31,372 nucleotides of DNA. Source: a virus. Taxonomy: Duplodnaviria > Caudoviricetes. The stretch lies in IMG/VR virus record IMGVR_UViG_3300032318_001419, positions 1 to 31,372 of that record, one strand, 5' to 3'. A program made the position numbers and the translations under genes. This document shows positions 31,248-31,372 of the stretch, one piece after another (position 1 is the first letter of the stretch; every line of letters begins with the position of its first letter). The notes under the pieces were generated by a model. It saw only the letters and a program-made list of their open reading frames with translations, was not told where the DNA came from and made no database searches.

Positions 31248-31372
31248 ACAACAAGTCCTGGACACCAAGAGTGCTAGCTTCTGTGCAGCCAAATGGTACA
31301 ATGCTACTATTTGGTTAGGTAGCGGACAAACAACAAGTTGCCATCACCCTCCTGCACATGCTATTGATGTAG
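31228..31372 (+). CDS. Second twitch-type radical SAM protein, 5' part (runs off the window)
   Basis: MNDLEFKQQVLDTKSASFCAAKWYNATIWLGSGQTTSCHHPPAHAIDV aligns with ISPSMCLAKWKQVSLHLATGLNNSCYHPPLHEIQI of the 645-aa protein. Not in the ORF track. Confidence 0.8.
   Translation, partial: MNDLEFKQQVLDTKSASFCAAKWYNATIWLGSGQTTSCHHPPAHAIDV

Overview
This 31.4 kb window is gene-dense, almost entirely + strand, and reads as part of a large (jumbo-type, T4-like myovirus) bacteriophage genome in the standard genetic code. The left ~23.3 kb is a baseplate/tail module: an Ala/Gln-rich protein with a lysozyme-like segment, a gp25-like wedge protein, an extended gp6-like wedge protein, a 4879-aa multidomain virion protein, an unannotated 43-aa microprotein, a 201-aa collar/baseplate-like protein, a fibre with a peptidase G2-like C-terminus and a Ser/Thr/Gly-rich protein. 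Most of these genes are preceded by a TAAATA late-promoter-like motif. After a GC-rich hairpin, the right ~8 kb is a glycan-chemistry cluster: three GT-A-like and one GT-B-like glycosyltransferase, an SGNH hydrolase on the - strand, a sulfotransferase-like protein and two N-terminal-twitch radical SAM proteins (the second cut by the window edge). Two sigma70-type promoters in this cluster appear to give leaderless mRNAs. The best candidate for an undescribed system is this phage-encoded glycan building/tailoring pathway next to the tail genes. All family calls are from motif recognition by eye; no searches were run. No rRNA, tRNA, CRISPR array or mobile element was seen.
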